A stretch of DNA of 64,000 bases from Utricularia gibba (lineage: Eukaryota; Plantae; Magnoliophyta), in NCBI GenBank assembly GCA_002189035.1, contig NEEC01000008.1, positions 682,001-746,000 on the forward strand. The letters run 5' to 3'. Both the position numbers and the translations under genes were made by a program. Below the pieces are notes generated by a model, which did not search any database, had not been told where the DNA came from, and was given only the letters and a program-made list of their open reading frames with translations. Positions 1-12,060 of the stretch are shown here, one piece after another. Positions within the stretch are counted from its first letter, which is position 1, and each line of letters starts with the position of its first letter.

Positions 1-570
1 TGGTTAGGAATGAATGTGTATTTGTGAATGTAGTGATTTTGTAAGGACCCCATACATCCATATGTGCCTTTTCATAAAAGATCTAGTACTATGCCTTCAT
101 TGCTTTCAAACTTCAATCTTGTTAGTTTTCTAGTATGACAGAATTCACAAGGTGTTAATTGCTTCTCATCTCTGGAGGAAATTAATTGAAGTTTTCTCAT
201 TTTGCTGGTGCATGACCCAAATGCATATTCCATAAAACAAGTTTGACAATGGCTGCGTTTGCAAAAGGTGCTCAGATGAAAAGGAAATAGAGTCATTAAA
301 GACATCAAAAGTAGAATCTCCATCAATGAATTGTTCATCTAGCCAATACAAACCTCTAACCAACTTAAGTGATGGCTCCTTGTGAGAATACTTTAAAACA
401 AGATATTTTGCATCCTCTTTTTTTTTAATCCCATTTGCCGCCTGTTTAGGTATAGGGCTACTGGCTATTCTTGTATTTCCATTTCCACTAACTATAGTGC
501 TTTGTCTTAGATCACAGACATGTTTAGTTTTCGTCATATTATAGTTTGCAACAATGATCTGCTTCATTAC
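1..570 (-). mobile_element. Degenerate Ty1/Copia protease to integrase N-terminal fragment
   Basis: Minus-strand frames give LWNMHLGHAPAK (LWHxRLGH), PCEFCHTRKLTRLKF and HMDVWGPYK (HxDVWGP), broken by frameshifts. Runs off the left window edge. Confidence 0.7.
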
Positions 571-1634
571 TTACCATGTTCTAGACTTGTCTGTTAGAAG
601 TCGGCCTGGGTCTCTATGATCAAAGACATCAGAGAAGTAGAATTCAAAGAAATGACTCTATGGTAACAAAAGTTAGAATTTCAGGACATTTTTATTCATT
701 TCTGGAAATGCTTACATGGATGTATCTCTTTAGTAATTAAGTTTTCAAATATCAATAAAGGAAAGGTTTTCAATTTTCGAAAACTGCCCTCACATAAACC
801 CAATTTCTGCTTGAAAACTCAATAAAATATAAGACAAGTTATTTCCTCTTTCATTTCTCTATTCGCACTAGATTCTTCTAGATCACACACACAACAGGTA
901 AATGACTTTTAATTTATTCATATTTGGTGAATGTTATGCATTAGATGTGAACGTATTTGTTTCCAACTAGTTGCTATTTTTTTTCTTTCAATTTTTTCTG
1001 TATCTCACTCTCTTTTTGAAAACATGCATTTTGTAATTTGATGGGTGGGAATTAAGATTCTTGTTACATTTAATAAGATTGTTGAATTAGATGGAGTTTC
1101 TTTTATCTTACCCTTTCAATATGGTTCCAAATTTCTCAGGAACTTTCTTTTTCATATTCTCCTGATTTCCTTGTAACTTAAACCCATTATTTTTGTTTAT
1201 GATGTATTTCACTGATTATTAAATCATTTTATTGCTTAATATTAGTAGTTAAAATCAGAATACTGTTTTTGGAATCATTGTTTCAAATCTATGCAATAAC
1301 TTTATTCACACATGATTTTCAAATGTGATTAGAAAATAGTTACATGAATTTGATCAGTCATTTTTATGATATCTTTTGTTGATTATAAATGATTCCTAAG
1401 TATTTAAATGTGTTTTGATGATGTATTTCAATATAATTAGTTGTTTTATTATTTAGAAATCATTTATTACTTCATATTAGCATACAAAATCAAATTTTTT
1501 ACTTCTAGAGTTATTGCTTAAATTAGGAATGATGTGATTATGAATATGCTTATTAATTTGTATGATCAAAGACAACTAGAAAAGCAGAATTCGAAGAAAA
1601 TGATTCTACGGTAACAAAAGGGAGAGCTTCAACA

Positions 1635-1848
1635 ACAGAGCAATATTGAAGAAATTTGAAAACCCAGTTCGAAAGGTCAAGAACCGAAGGGTGAGAAGAA
1701 AACTCTCTATTGATTTCTTAGTTCAAAACAATTGAAATATCCTATTTATATTTTGTACAGAACTCATATAATAAAGGAATTATACAAAAGAACAATCAAG
1801 GTTGTTCTGCACTCTGTGGCCTGCCGCAATTCCCTTGTTGTGATAATA
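1635..1848 (-). repeat. 3' LTR of the Copia element (left boundary approximate)
   Basis: Aligns by eye to 5911-6116 (shared gcaatattgaagaaat...aaggaattatacaaaagaaca...ttgtgataata) and is adjacent to the PPT. Confidence 0.75.
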
Positions 1849-2690
1849 TCCCCCCCTCAAGCTGGATGAAGGATGACGGATGCATTCCCAGCTTGCACAC
1901 GAGACTATGGAAAGTAGCAGCAGCTAAAGACTTGGTAAAACAATCAGCTACCTGGGAAGAAGAGCGAACATGCGTGGGCACTAAGAATCCAACCTTAAAT
2001 AGATCGCGAACGAGATGACAATCAATGTCTAAGTGTTTTGTGCGCTCATGGAACATAGGGTTCTTGGTAATATGGATAGTAGATTGGCTATCACATCAAA
2101 GGGTCACAGGATGTGTAAATCAACCATCCAAATCACATACCACATATGAGATCCATAACAACTCAACAGCCGTTGCACCAAGACTACGATACTCAACTTT
2201 CGTGAAAGACTGAGACACCGTTGGTTGTTTCTTGGTCCTCCAAGAAATCAGACTCTCACCCATGAACACACAATAACCACTCATAGACTTTCTGGTTTCA
2301 ATACATGCTCCATAGTCTGCATCTGCATAAGCAGCAAAATGCATTGCTGAGGAGTTTGGAAGTGTCAGATAGAACAAACCAAGGTCTACATGACTTGATA
2401 GATAATTAAGCAGTCTGCGTGCACCTTCCCAGTGTGCTAGTTTTGGCCTTTGAATGAATTGACTCAATTGTTGGACTGAAAATGCCAGATCCGGTCTAGT
2501 GAAACTCAAATAAAGCAATCTACGAATGAGGCATCTGTAACAGTCCGATTGCACATCAGGTTTAGTGTATCAACATGATTGAGTGTATCTGTTCCAAAGT
2601 CATGTAAAATGCCCTAAATATATTTCTGCTGGCTTAAATGGATCCCAATGGGTGAGTGAAGGATTTCAACGCCAAGAAAAAAAGTAGCTT
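1796..2690 (-). pseudogene. Copia RT C-terminus and RNase H remnant
   Basis: [62 protein letters not shown]. Confidence 0.9.
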
Positions 2691-3081
2691 TTCCTAAATC
2701 CTTGATGGTGAAGGTGAAGTGTAAGCCATCTTTCAGTGCTTGGATGTCACATCAAAATGATCCCATACCCAAGAAGATCTTCTACTATTAGTAATTTTGG
2801 ATATTATACTTTTATCAGTATAACCAGATTTCTTCTTCTTTGTCCTAGAGGTACTTGGCTTCCAAAAGGATCATTTTTGAGGTGGTTTTGATGTAGAATC
2901 ATGTACATATTCACTATCAATCTTCTCAATAATTTTGTCCTTTTCAGTTTCCATGATATACCTAGCCCCTAAAATTAAAATATATGAATATTTCAACTAT
3001 AAATTACATTCATGTAAAGCAAAAAAACTACTTGAAAAATCACGAAAAAAAAATGTATTTCACTCAATCCAAAGATATAAT

Positions 3082-4495
3082 TGTTATGGTTTGCGACATC
3101 TATTGCTGGAGTTTAGCATAATACCTCTCTAATGATCATGGTTATGTATGAAATCAATAAAGGATGGGGCCCACACCGGTATGGAGGTTGTTTTTATCAA
3201 CCAATAGAGGTGAAGCAGGTGCTATCTAAAGGAAGGGCCATATGACAACCTCAAGATAAGGGGGATGCTGACTCATGATGTCTCTTAGGTTCAGATGGAT
3301 GGAGTCATTTTGGAAAAAACCTGAAGAATCATAGTTGAAGAGGAGGAGGAGGGTAGGAAATACAGCTAGTGAGAAAGGGAAGTTCTTGATTCTAGTTGTG
3401 GGAAGGGATTACTTCTGTAGGGGATAAGGTAAGTGGGATGAGTGCTACTACCTTTTGGAAGCATGCTTTGATGCTTCTCTGGAACACATGTGATAATTGC
3501 CTATGTGTTATTATATGTTATTTTGGAAAGAGTTCTTCCCTGTTTTTATTAACATGTTTTTCCCCCTTGTTCTTCATTGTGTGAAGAGTCTAGCAGGGCA
3601 CGTCCTCTTCTGGTCTTGGTGCCTCAACTCTGTTTAGAGTCCCTAAAATTCTTCTTTCAAAACCTAAGTTGTTTTCTTCCAAGGATTTTGTGCCCTTGTT
3701 GGTCGGTTTCCAAACAAGTGTTTCCTTTCGAGGTGTATAAAGTGTTCAATGTTCATTGTTTATGTGCTATGTGTATATATGTTAGGAAATGGAGAGGAGT
3801 GTGGACCCACACTCCTAGCAACATGATTTTAACCATAGGATTTATGGCTAAATATGTCAGACATGTTTGAGGCATCCCTATGAGATAAGCCAATTAAGAA
3901 AGACCAGGGAACATGTTTTATGCATGCTATGGTCTAAGTTTAGAGGTGGTGTTCGATTGGTGGCTCTTCTGAACACTACTAAAGGACCTAGGCAATAGAT
4001 GACCCTTTTCCTAAGATCTGGAAGTGATGCCTAAACTGAAGGGTCAAGGGGATTGGGCAAAGATAGACAACAGGGCTCACTACTTGGATATGTGCTTGAC
4101 TTCGAGTCTTATGCTCAAACATTTTTTCTTCACTTCATTCATGTTTATCTTTTACCAAACTTCAGTAGCATGACCACTCTATGTTTTAACTTTTTCCAGA
4201 TGTAGAGGGGAATGATGGAAGGTTTGGTGATCAACCAAAGTAGGAGTTTAGCTGTAGAAGTTGTGGTAGATCAAGAATAGCTTTTAGAACCTTAACTACG
4301 TTGTGAGGAATATGCTTAGTAGGCTGGACATAGTTCCTTTTGCATGTTTGAACGGTTGTGAGTTAGTATACATGTAGCCATATTAACGTTATTTCTCCAT
4401 GTTACAAAGGGGTTAAGTTGCCTTGAGTCCTAACGTTGAATGAGACTTGACAGTCATGCCTCATGCCTCTTGGGCCCTGGGCATGGGTCCTGACA
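3082..4495. mobile_element. Solo LTR (about 1.4 kb, probably Gypsy) nested in the Copia element
   Basis: Begins TGTTATGG and ends GGGTCCTGACA. Flanked by a 5-bp direct repeat ATAAT (3077-3081 and 4496-4500). No coding motifs inside. Confidence 0.65.
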
Positions 4496-4927
4496 ATAAT
4501 TCAATAGAAGCACATTTTAAAATAAATATAACCAAGATCTAGTGGAAGAATACATACCCAAGAGAATCTGACTTGGATAGAATAAAGAATAGTCACAATC
4601 TTCAAAGAAATAGGTAGAGCGAAAATATATTATTGAGAAGAAAACTGAAACCCTCAAGTCAAAAGGGTCAAGGGTTCTTACTTAAGATGGGAGAAGTAAA
4701 TTTTTAATAAAATTTATTGAATATTATTTAATATATAAATATTATTGACGGGTCGAGTGATTAATGGGTTTTAAAATTAAAATCCATCATCCGACCCAAT
4801 AACAACGGATTGTATTAATTTAATCCACTTAGTTTTTTTATTTTTTGATAATTATCAAATTGCGGGTTTACATATGCGGGTATGATCGGATCGGACGGAT
4901 TTACATTAATTTGCTCACTCCTACCTA

Positions 4928-5821
4928 CTAATGACCCTTTTTCTTCTTTTTTTTATCAGGATAACCATTCAACTTGTAGCAATTTTCTCGCAAGTGCCCT
5001 TCTTGTTTACAATAGGCATAGTGTCTTCCCTTTGGATCCTTGGTTTGGATTGGAATAGCCGAAGATGGTGATAATTGGTTAATCATAGCATGGCTACCAA
5101 GATGTTGATGTGCCATAAAAGCACTCTCCTGTACTGCCGTCTTAACACCCAGGTTTAGCTGTCCCTCCACCGTTATCATCATAGCATAAGCTTGGTCCAA
5201 ATCTTGTTCCGGCTGCATGGTAATGATCTGATCAGTGATGGCAGGAAATTGCTCATTCAGTCCATTTAGGAACTACACCAGTCTGGTTCGTTGCGCTGCC
5301 TTTGTCTCTTTGCAAATTACACATTGATTTGTAGGCATGAGTCCATACAAATCTGTCCACAAATTTTTCATGCGAGAGTAATACTCGACCAACATTTGCC
5401 CTTGTGAAACATGGTACAATTCACGTTGAATGTGAAAAATTGCTGCTAAATTCATTTTCCCCAATTGCTTCTCCATCGTCTCCCAAAGCTCCTTTGCGTT
5501 TCCTGCTGAATTGAAATTGTTGACCAACTCCTATGATATGGAGTTCATCAACCAACATCTCACCATCACATCTACTCAATTACATGCATTGTAGGTTGGA
5601 TTTGAAACTGGTGCTTGTGGAAGTCTACCATTTACAAACACCAATTTATTATGTGCTTCCAGAGCCATGGTCATACTTCTACGCCAAGAGAGGAAGTTTT
5701 TGGTGGTCAAAGACGGAGTCACCAAGATGAGACTTGGATTTTTAGACCCATGAACATATAATGGGTCTAAAGCATTAAGCCCTTGGTGTTGAAGTATCTG
5801 TAGTAATTTTCTCACATCCAA
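4928..5821 (-). pseudogene. Copia gag remnant with zinc knuckle
   Basis: NFLSWRRSMTMALEAHNKLVFVNG, ELWETME..GKMN..IFHIQREL, YCKQEGHLRENCYKL. Split over three ORFs. Confidence 0.85.
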
Positions 5822-5893
5822 GAGGTTACCACGAGTTTCACTTGAAGTTTATGGAGAATCGGTCATTATGTTCGCTCCACACTCACCGCACCA

Positions 5894-6116
5894 TAAACAA
5901 GTGAACAAAAAAACAGGGCAATATTGAAGAAATCTAAAAACCCAATTCGGAATGTCAAGAATAGAAGGGTGAGAAGAAAATTCTCTATTGATTTCTTAAT
6001 TAGAAACAATTGAAATATCCTCTTTATATTTTGTACATAACTAATATAATAAAGGAATTATACAAAAGAACACTTGCATTTCTGTGGCATGCCACCATTC
6101 CCTTATTGTGATAATA
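5894..6116 (-). repeat. 5' LTR of the Copia element
   Basis: Homologous to 1635-1848 and directly followed on the minus strand by the PBS-like TGGTGCGGTGAG. Confidence 0.75.
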
Positions 6117-6200
6117 GAATCCAACGCCGGTCTCAAATACTTGTAACGGAAATCACGAATACAAACAGAGTGGTTGCGAGTTAAACTGATAGCTGCACGT

Positions 6201-6453
6201 TCACTCTTCCTCGCTGGCTTCCTCGCCGTTCTTCTTGTTGTGCTTCCGGGCATACCTCTGGTTCCTTAAAAACTTAGGGTCCATCTGTGGACAACCCCAC
6301 CGGTCAAGACCCAAGATTGATGATCACATGGGGTGAGAGAAGCACACGAAAATTACCCCTTTTGTCGAGGTATGGCGATGGCGCTTGGTCTTCTTGATCC
6401 CGTTCTTGTGGGCATGACTGGTTGTGCGCCGTATGATTCTTCGACTTCGCCAT
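6201..6453 (-). pseudogene. RPL29: 60S ribosomal protein L29 (eL29), 2 coding exons, frameshifted as written
   Basis: Exon 6357-6453 reads MAKSKNHTAHNQS then, after a frameshift, AHKNGIKKTKRHRHTSTKG. GT-AG intron 6285-6356. Exon 6201-6284 reads [27 protein letters not shown]. Exon 1 is 97 nt versus 102 expected. Confidence 0.9.
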
Positions 6454-6633
6454 TACTTCCTTCTCAGGTCTGCTAAGAAACGGAAGGCAACAGCAATCAA
6501 TACAAATAAATCCACCTGCGCGAACAGACGCTGGTAATCATCTCTGCTGATGCCAGAAGGTAAGGAGATAGATGCTCAACTGCAGGAGGAACGACGGATC
6601 CGCCGATGTCTGTCGTCGACGGAACGATTGAAG

Positions 6634-6673
6634 AAACCCTAACTGCATAAAGCGAATAATGGGCCTTGGCCCA
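6634..6673. promoter_or_regulatory. Telo-box plus site II elements upstream of RPL29
   Basis: AAACCCTAA at 6634-6642, TGGGCC at 6660-6665 and GGCCCA at 6668-6673. This is the typical plant ribosomal-protein promoter combination. Confidence 0.65.
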
Positions 6674-7530
6674 ACCATTTTTCTTGAGCCTCTCAGAACG
6701 AAATATGATCATCCATGGCTCTGGAAACATTGCTGATGTCTGTAAAAAAATGTGGAGATCATCTGAAGAGGCCTCCCAGTCCCCTGATAACGAGAAAGAA
6801 AGCTTTTTGTATTCAAGGGTGTCTTTGTGATGGTGAGTTGAACCAGCAGCAGTTTCCCTTCGGGCTGCAACAAAGCATGGCCTAAAAAATCCTGCCAAAG
6901 AAGAGACCTCTCAGTCTCATCTCAAAGGTGCAATCTTTCATTGGCAAAGAGGCACAGGCGCAGAGTTCCAGTGCACCAACCAGAAATACTAAATAAATGG
7001 CAAACTATGGCTGTCCTGTCAAGCATAACTACGCAACGCTAACCTCCTTGCATTCACGGAGAGTGAGAACCAACCAATTAACTTAAAAAACACACACACA
7101 TACACAAATGGACGACGAGGAACTGATGGGGGCTGATGCTAATCGACTGATCAACATACTTCAGAGATGGCTCTCTCCTCTCTGTCCAGTGATTTCCTGA
7201 TGCAGCTGCATTCTCGCTCCCACGAAAACGGCTTTCTCATCATTCCCATCCATCTCACGGTTAGTTTCAAAAGCCAACACTACAACATCTCAAACTCATA
7301 ATGATGCAATAGCCAACAAGCCCCATTCGAAAAGTCCTCTTTTCATCATCGCCAGCAATGCCTCTTGTCTTCTGAACTTTTGTAACAGCTTTTCAGGAGA
7401 GGCAGGCTTAGCCTTTGTAGTGCTACAGATACAGCTTAAAAATAAATAATAATCCCCAAGCTGATCAGAAGCTTAATTAATTTGACACTCCAGCAGCTAC
7501 TGCATTGGATAACAGCATCGTATCATTAGT

Positions 7531-10489
7531 TCATGTGTCTGTTATCACTTCATCTATCAAAGAATTCAGTATCTGCGTCTCCATTTCAACACCCACTTCA
7601 AAAACTTCAATATCGAAATCAAGCCATCTCCCATGTTGGCTGCTCATCTCCCTATCCAGTAGATCATCAATCATAGAATCCCCTGCCTCGGGCCAACCAC
7701 AGATTTCCTTGCATATTTCTCTCCCTAGTCTCTCCTTTCTTCTAACTGAAACCAACCCCTCAGTCCACAGTTTGTATCCTCCACTAGTGAAATGTTTGAA
7801 CCTCAAATCCAGGCTTTCATTGAGATGGTCATAAAGAATCCTTGGGTTCATGCTAGGAGCGGATCCAGTTGTGTCTAACTTCAGTTTTCTCCTACTTTCC
7901 AGTCGATCAAAAACATGAGGGCTGACGATGTTACTACTTTGACCTAATGCATACTCGACATATGCATTTTCTATGTCATAAAGCATTTCCTTCACAAACT
8001 CTTCTTCCCATGTCCTTGTTGAATTCCTCGCATCAGTTAATATGAGGGCTTCCGGCTGGTTTATTAAGAGATTCATCATATCAGTAGCTGATGAAGCAGA
8101 GTCTGACAAGTCAGCATCCAAGCACTCCTTCGGATGCCTCAGATCAAGCACCTCTGGAGTTTGAGACAATGAAAACTGCTTGATACCTGCATTTATCAAC
8201 ATGAGATTTGGTCCAATGCTTGATGTTTTCGTGAACTAAAAAAACCATACATACCGGTGCTACAACTGTCTATGGTATCAGAACTGCAAATGTCACCAAC
8301 AGAAGAATGCTCAAGGACGGAATCAGGGCTTGGGAACCGGCAACCATGAACCTTCCGGGCTTGCAATATGCTGGCATCGTTCACCTCCTAAGCACAGCAC
8401 ATGAAGATAAACACTGTCAAATTATTTGCTCAACTAAATACAATTGAATGATAAAACGCTCTTGCATAAGCAGCTCACAGTGTAAAATGCACATATCAAT
8501 AGAAACAATTCAAGGTGAACTAATTAAACATTACACGAAACCCCTCAAATTCACATGATTGGTGGAGCATATTTCCCTTACAAAAAAAAAAAAAAAACAT
8601 TCCTCTTCCATCACCCAAACTTTCAAGCGTACCTGGTTGTCCATTTGCTGCATTCTATCCTTAGCTCTTTGTTGAATTTTAGGATGTAAAGTGCTCTCCG
8701 CATTAGACTGCACATCCCCAAATAATTTGGAAAACTCCACCTTCTCAGCTAATCGTTTCAATTTTTGTTCAAGGAGATAACTTAATGCATCAGCTCCATT
8801 CACACTCTTCTTAGTCCATGGATGCTCGCAATTATACTCGCTGTCTGAAAACATGATAGGCCATTTGCACTGAGGGCGCGTTGAACAGAGAAAATGATGA
8901 TCTCCAACTTTTGCGGCCTGAGAAGAACTTTTCATAGGAGCAGTGAAGGTAAAAGACACAACATCTGATCCTGGCAGATTAATATCATGCCCCCAATTAC
9001 TGTGAACTCTCATTGCTAAACTAGGCACACCAGCAAGCCCATCTGGTTCAGTCATCATCTCTTGAAAACTCTGATTTCCTGCTGAATGATAACTTCCGTC
9101 TATAGAGCGTTTCCTACAAGTGATTTTCTGAGAATTAGAACATGATTCGATCCTGTTCTCATCTTTGGAGTCTGAAGATAATTTTCTGGAATCAGATTTA
9201 GTGGCACCGTTAAGTCTACCAGAAGCCCGTTGCCTAGCATAGGAGGTTTCTTCATGAATTTCATTGCACTTCGAGGACTTTCCCCTATAAGCAGAAACAC
9301 AACTTTGCCTTGTATCATTCTGTCCAAGCACACGTGATCCCTTCTGCATGCTCGGTTTCATGACCGCAGATTGACCTGAGAGCAGCCGACTGTGACTAAA
9401 ATTACATGCCTGTTTTTGGTAGTCTCTTTTCTGAGGATTGGTCTTTGATTGCGGCTCGACTGTAATGGTTTTTTCTTGCATGTTTGGTATAAAATTTGTC
9501 GTCGTCCCATACAGAGATCCGCACCAGCTCTTACTCATTGGCAGCTCCTTAAGGTTCTCAAAAACACCGGATTCTTCTTTTCTAAGAGAAGCTTCAAACA
9601 ACTTTCTTGGTTTTTGGGACACTTGGACTTTCTCTTTCAACTCCTTTAGTCTCAAAGGAGCTGAAGATGATCCTACCGAGGGACGTCTCCCTTTTGCACT
9701 AGTATGGGGTGATGACTCAAGGATTCTTGCAGCTGCTTCCATTATCTGAGCAGCATCTTCAGGTGGTATATAAGTAGTCCTCTTAATGGGTGACAGAAGC
9801 TTCTGTTGGGTTACAGGAACTGCTTTAGCTGATTTAGGTGGTTTCACTTCAGTTTGAAACTTGTGCAGTCTCCTGTTAATCACAGATTGGTGCTGTAACC
9901 CATTCATAAGAGAATCGTCCTGCAATGTGCTGGATATCGAGGTTTGATGCTGATGCTGCCCAAGGTTTGATGCACGGCAAAGGGAACCACGAACGGATTG
10001 AGAATCAATGAATGGAGCTGAATGAGGCTCAGGGAATGTAGATTTTGGGAGAGAATCCAACCCCATTAGCCTTGCAACCACACCAGGTTGCCTGGTCCCA
10101 TAGACATCTTCATCAGTGATAGATGGCGGATGACTAGAATCACATGCCCCTTTTAATCTACCTGCTATTTCATGTTCTGCCCTCTGAAGAATGCCAAAAG
10201 AGAATTTCAAACCAGTGACCCGATGAGGGAAAAAATCATCAATACCCTCACCTTTGGTGCCTTGGTTGACTGCAGATTTCCTTCACATCTTTTCTTTCGC
10301 TTAGATTGCTCTACAGGAGGTTGAAAACAAGTAAATATTTTATTTTCTCAAGAGAAACAAGGGCTGTATTTCAAATGACATTTCAGGCATACCAGGCGTA
10401 TTCTGCTTGGTTGGAAGCAGCTGGTTACGAGATCTGGTGTTCCAGTCAAACATTTGGAGGAAGCCACCTCGCTTATCGATTCCCATCAT
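7531..10489 (-). CDS. TON1-recruiting motif (TRM/LONGIFOLIA-like) protein with VARLMGL motif and C-terminal DUF4378
   Basis: Exons 10393-10489, 10252-10310, 8633-10183, 8255-8387, 7531-8186. All GT-AG and phase-consistent (2496 nt). Motifs GGFLQMFDW, GVVARLMGLDSLP, PSPDSVLE, WLDFDIEVFEVGVEMETQILNSLIDEV. Confidence 0.85.
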
Positions 10490-12060
10490 TCAACAGTGAA
10501 GCAAAGGTGGATTTTTTTTGGAGGGGTTTTCTGATTGAAAACGTAGACTAATGACTGCAATAAAAAAATTTCATCAAAGGATCCATGTATCCAGGAGATA
10601 TATCCGAAACAAAAAATAACAGGGGAATCTTGCGTGGGAGGATATGGTAGCGAGATTCAAATTATATCCAGGAAGGAGAGAAAAGGGCAATGAGACGGAG
10701 CGAGATTCAAATAACGAACCAGCACAGCAGCAGCAGCATTGCAATCTTGGCTGGTTAATGATTCCTCATCGATGCCTGCACTGCAGAAATAGCAAACCTG
10801 GCGTCAGTCAATGCAATGGAGGAAGGACTGTCTTCTCCCCTTTCTGGTCCGGAATCACACCCGGAAGGAAAGACAGATACTTTTTCCAGACCCAGAAAAA
10901 CTAGGCTGTCGTATCTTCTATTCTATCCTTGTATAGGGCAACGGCATACTCCTTACCTAAACAGCGCGTAGCCGGCGGGAGGCGACGAAGACTTGGTAGG
11001 AGGCGCTGGGAGGGGAGGAGCGCCATCAGACAGATATCTTGAAAAGAAGCGGAGTTACACCTTACAGTTGAAACAACAATAAATGCAGTTGTAAAAGAGA
11101 TCGGGGGAGCCGATTTGGCGTCCACTCTGCTCTTCCTCTGCCCGCCCAGCAACGTTAGCTTCTCTCTCCTTCCCCACCCTCCCTATCCCCCTTCTTTTTG
11201 TATTTGAAATAGAAAAGGCAACGTAGTTAACAGGAAAAGGAAAGATGGCATTACGCAGATGACGACCCCAAGAGAAATTCGACACTTTATGCCCCACCAG
11301 CCGCCACGCACATTCGGAGCGGAGGGGGAGCGTTTGCTTTCAAATTAGTCGTGGATCCCACATCCCGGCAACCACCGGAGAACCGCAGCCCACTAGCAGA
11401 TCCAGGCCTGTGGGCTCCGGTCCTTTGGAAGTTGCATGCAGTCAAATCTTCTTTCTGGTTTTGCTTTTAGAAAAGGGTCGCGTTCTACTGAGGATGGATG
11501 AGGATGCCCTGCTGCTTGGATACCCATCCGCTGTTAGTTTTGAATGCGTTTGAGGGAACAAGTGCGGGTCCGATTAGAGACTAAGGAACTCGAATCCAGA
11601 GAAAAGAACACAAAGTGGGAGGTTGATGCCAGGAGTGGCAGGTAATGGGATCTGTTCATGATGCACCATACGCAGAATTTGAGTATTATAATATGTTTCT
11701 TGTCCCCAATCCACCCTCCTTTACTGGAAAAGAATCAAGCCCACCAGCATTCGACGATGATAATGCAGCAGCCAAAAGCATCGGAATTTGCAAAGCCATG
11801 ACCAACTCCACTCCACTTCTAACGCCATGCACCGGCTATGTACAAGCAGGAGGTAGGAGAGGGCAGCAAAGGAGAGCCTACACTTCATTCAGTTCTCGCT
11901 GCTTGCCTTACGGGAATGCTAATCCGTCGAGACTCCTGCAATCGTGTTCCGCCGCCAGTATGCTGCTTTCTGACTGCTGTGCACGCATGAAATAAGTGAT
12001 TGGTTATCTACTTCCTGATCACATAACAAGAACACAAAGTAGGAAAGTTCATATGTAGTG

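Larger units (their letters stand above)
1635..6116 (-). mobile_element. Degenerate Ty1/Copia element, internally deleted (protease, integrase and most RT missing), with nested insertions
   Basis: Direct repeats at about 1635-1848 and 5911-6116. PPT GAGGGGGGGA (plus 1849-1858) abuts the 3' LTR. PBS-like TGGTGCGGTGAG at 5882-5893. gag at 4928-5821 and RT/RNaseH at 1796-2690 in Copia order. No TSD found. Confidence 0.8.

Noticed and set aside
4700-4922. Possible hAT-MITE end (cggatcggacggatt...ttgctcactcta)
   Set aside because: Only one plausible end, with no matching TIR or 8-bp TSD found.
6497-6898. 133-aa minus-strand ORF
   Set aside because: No recognisable motif. It overlaps the RPL29 promoter and leader region.
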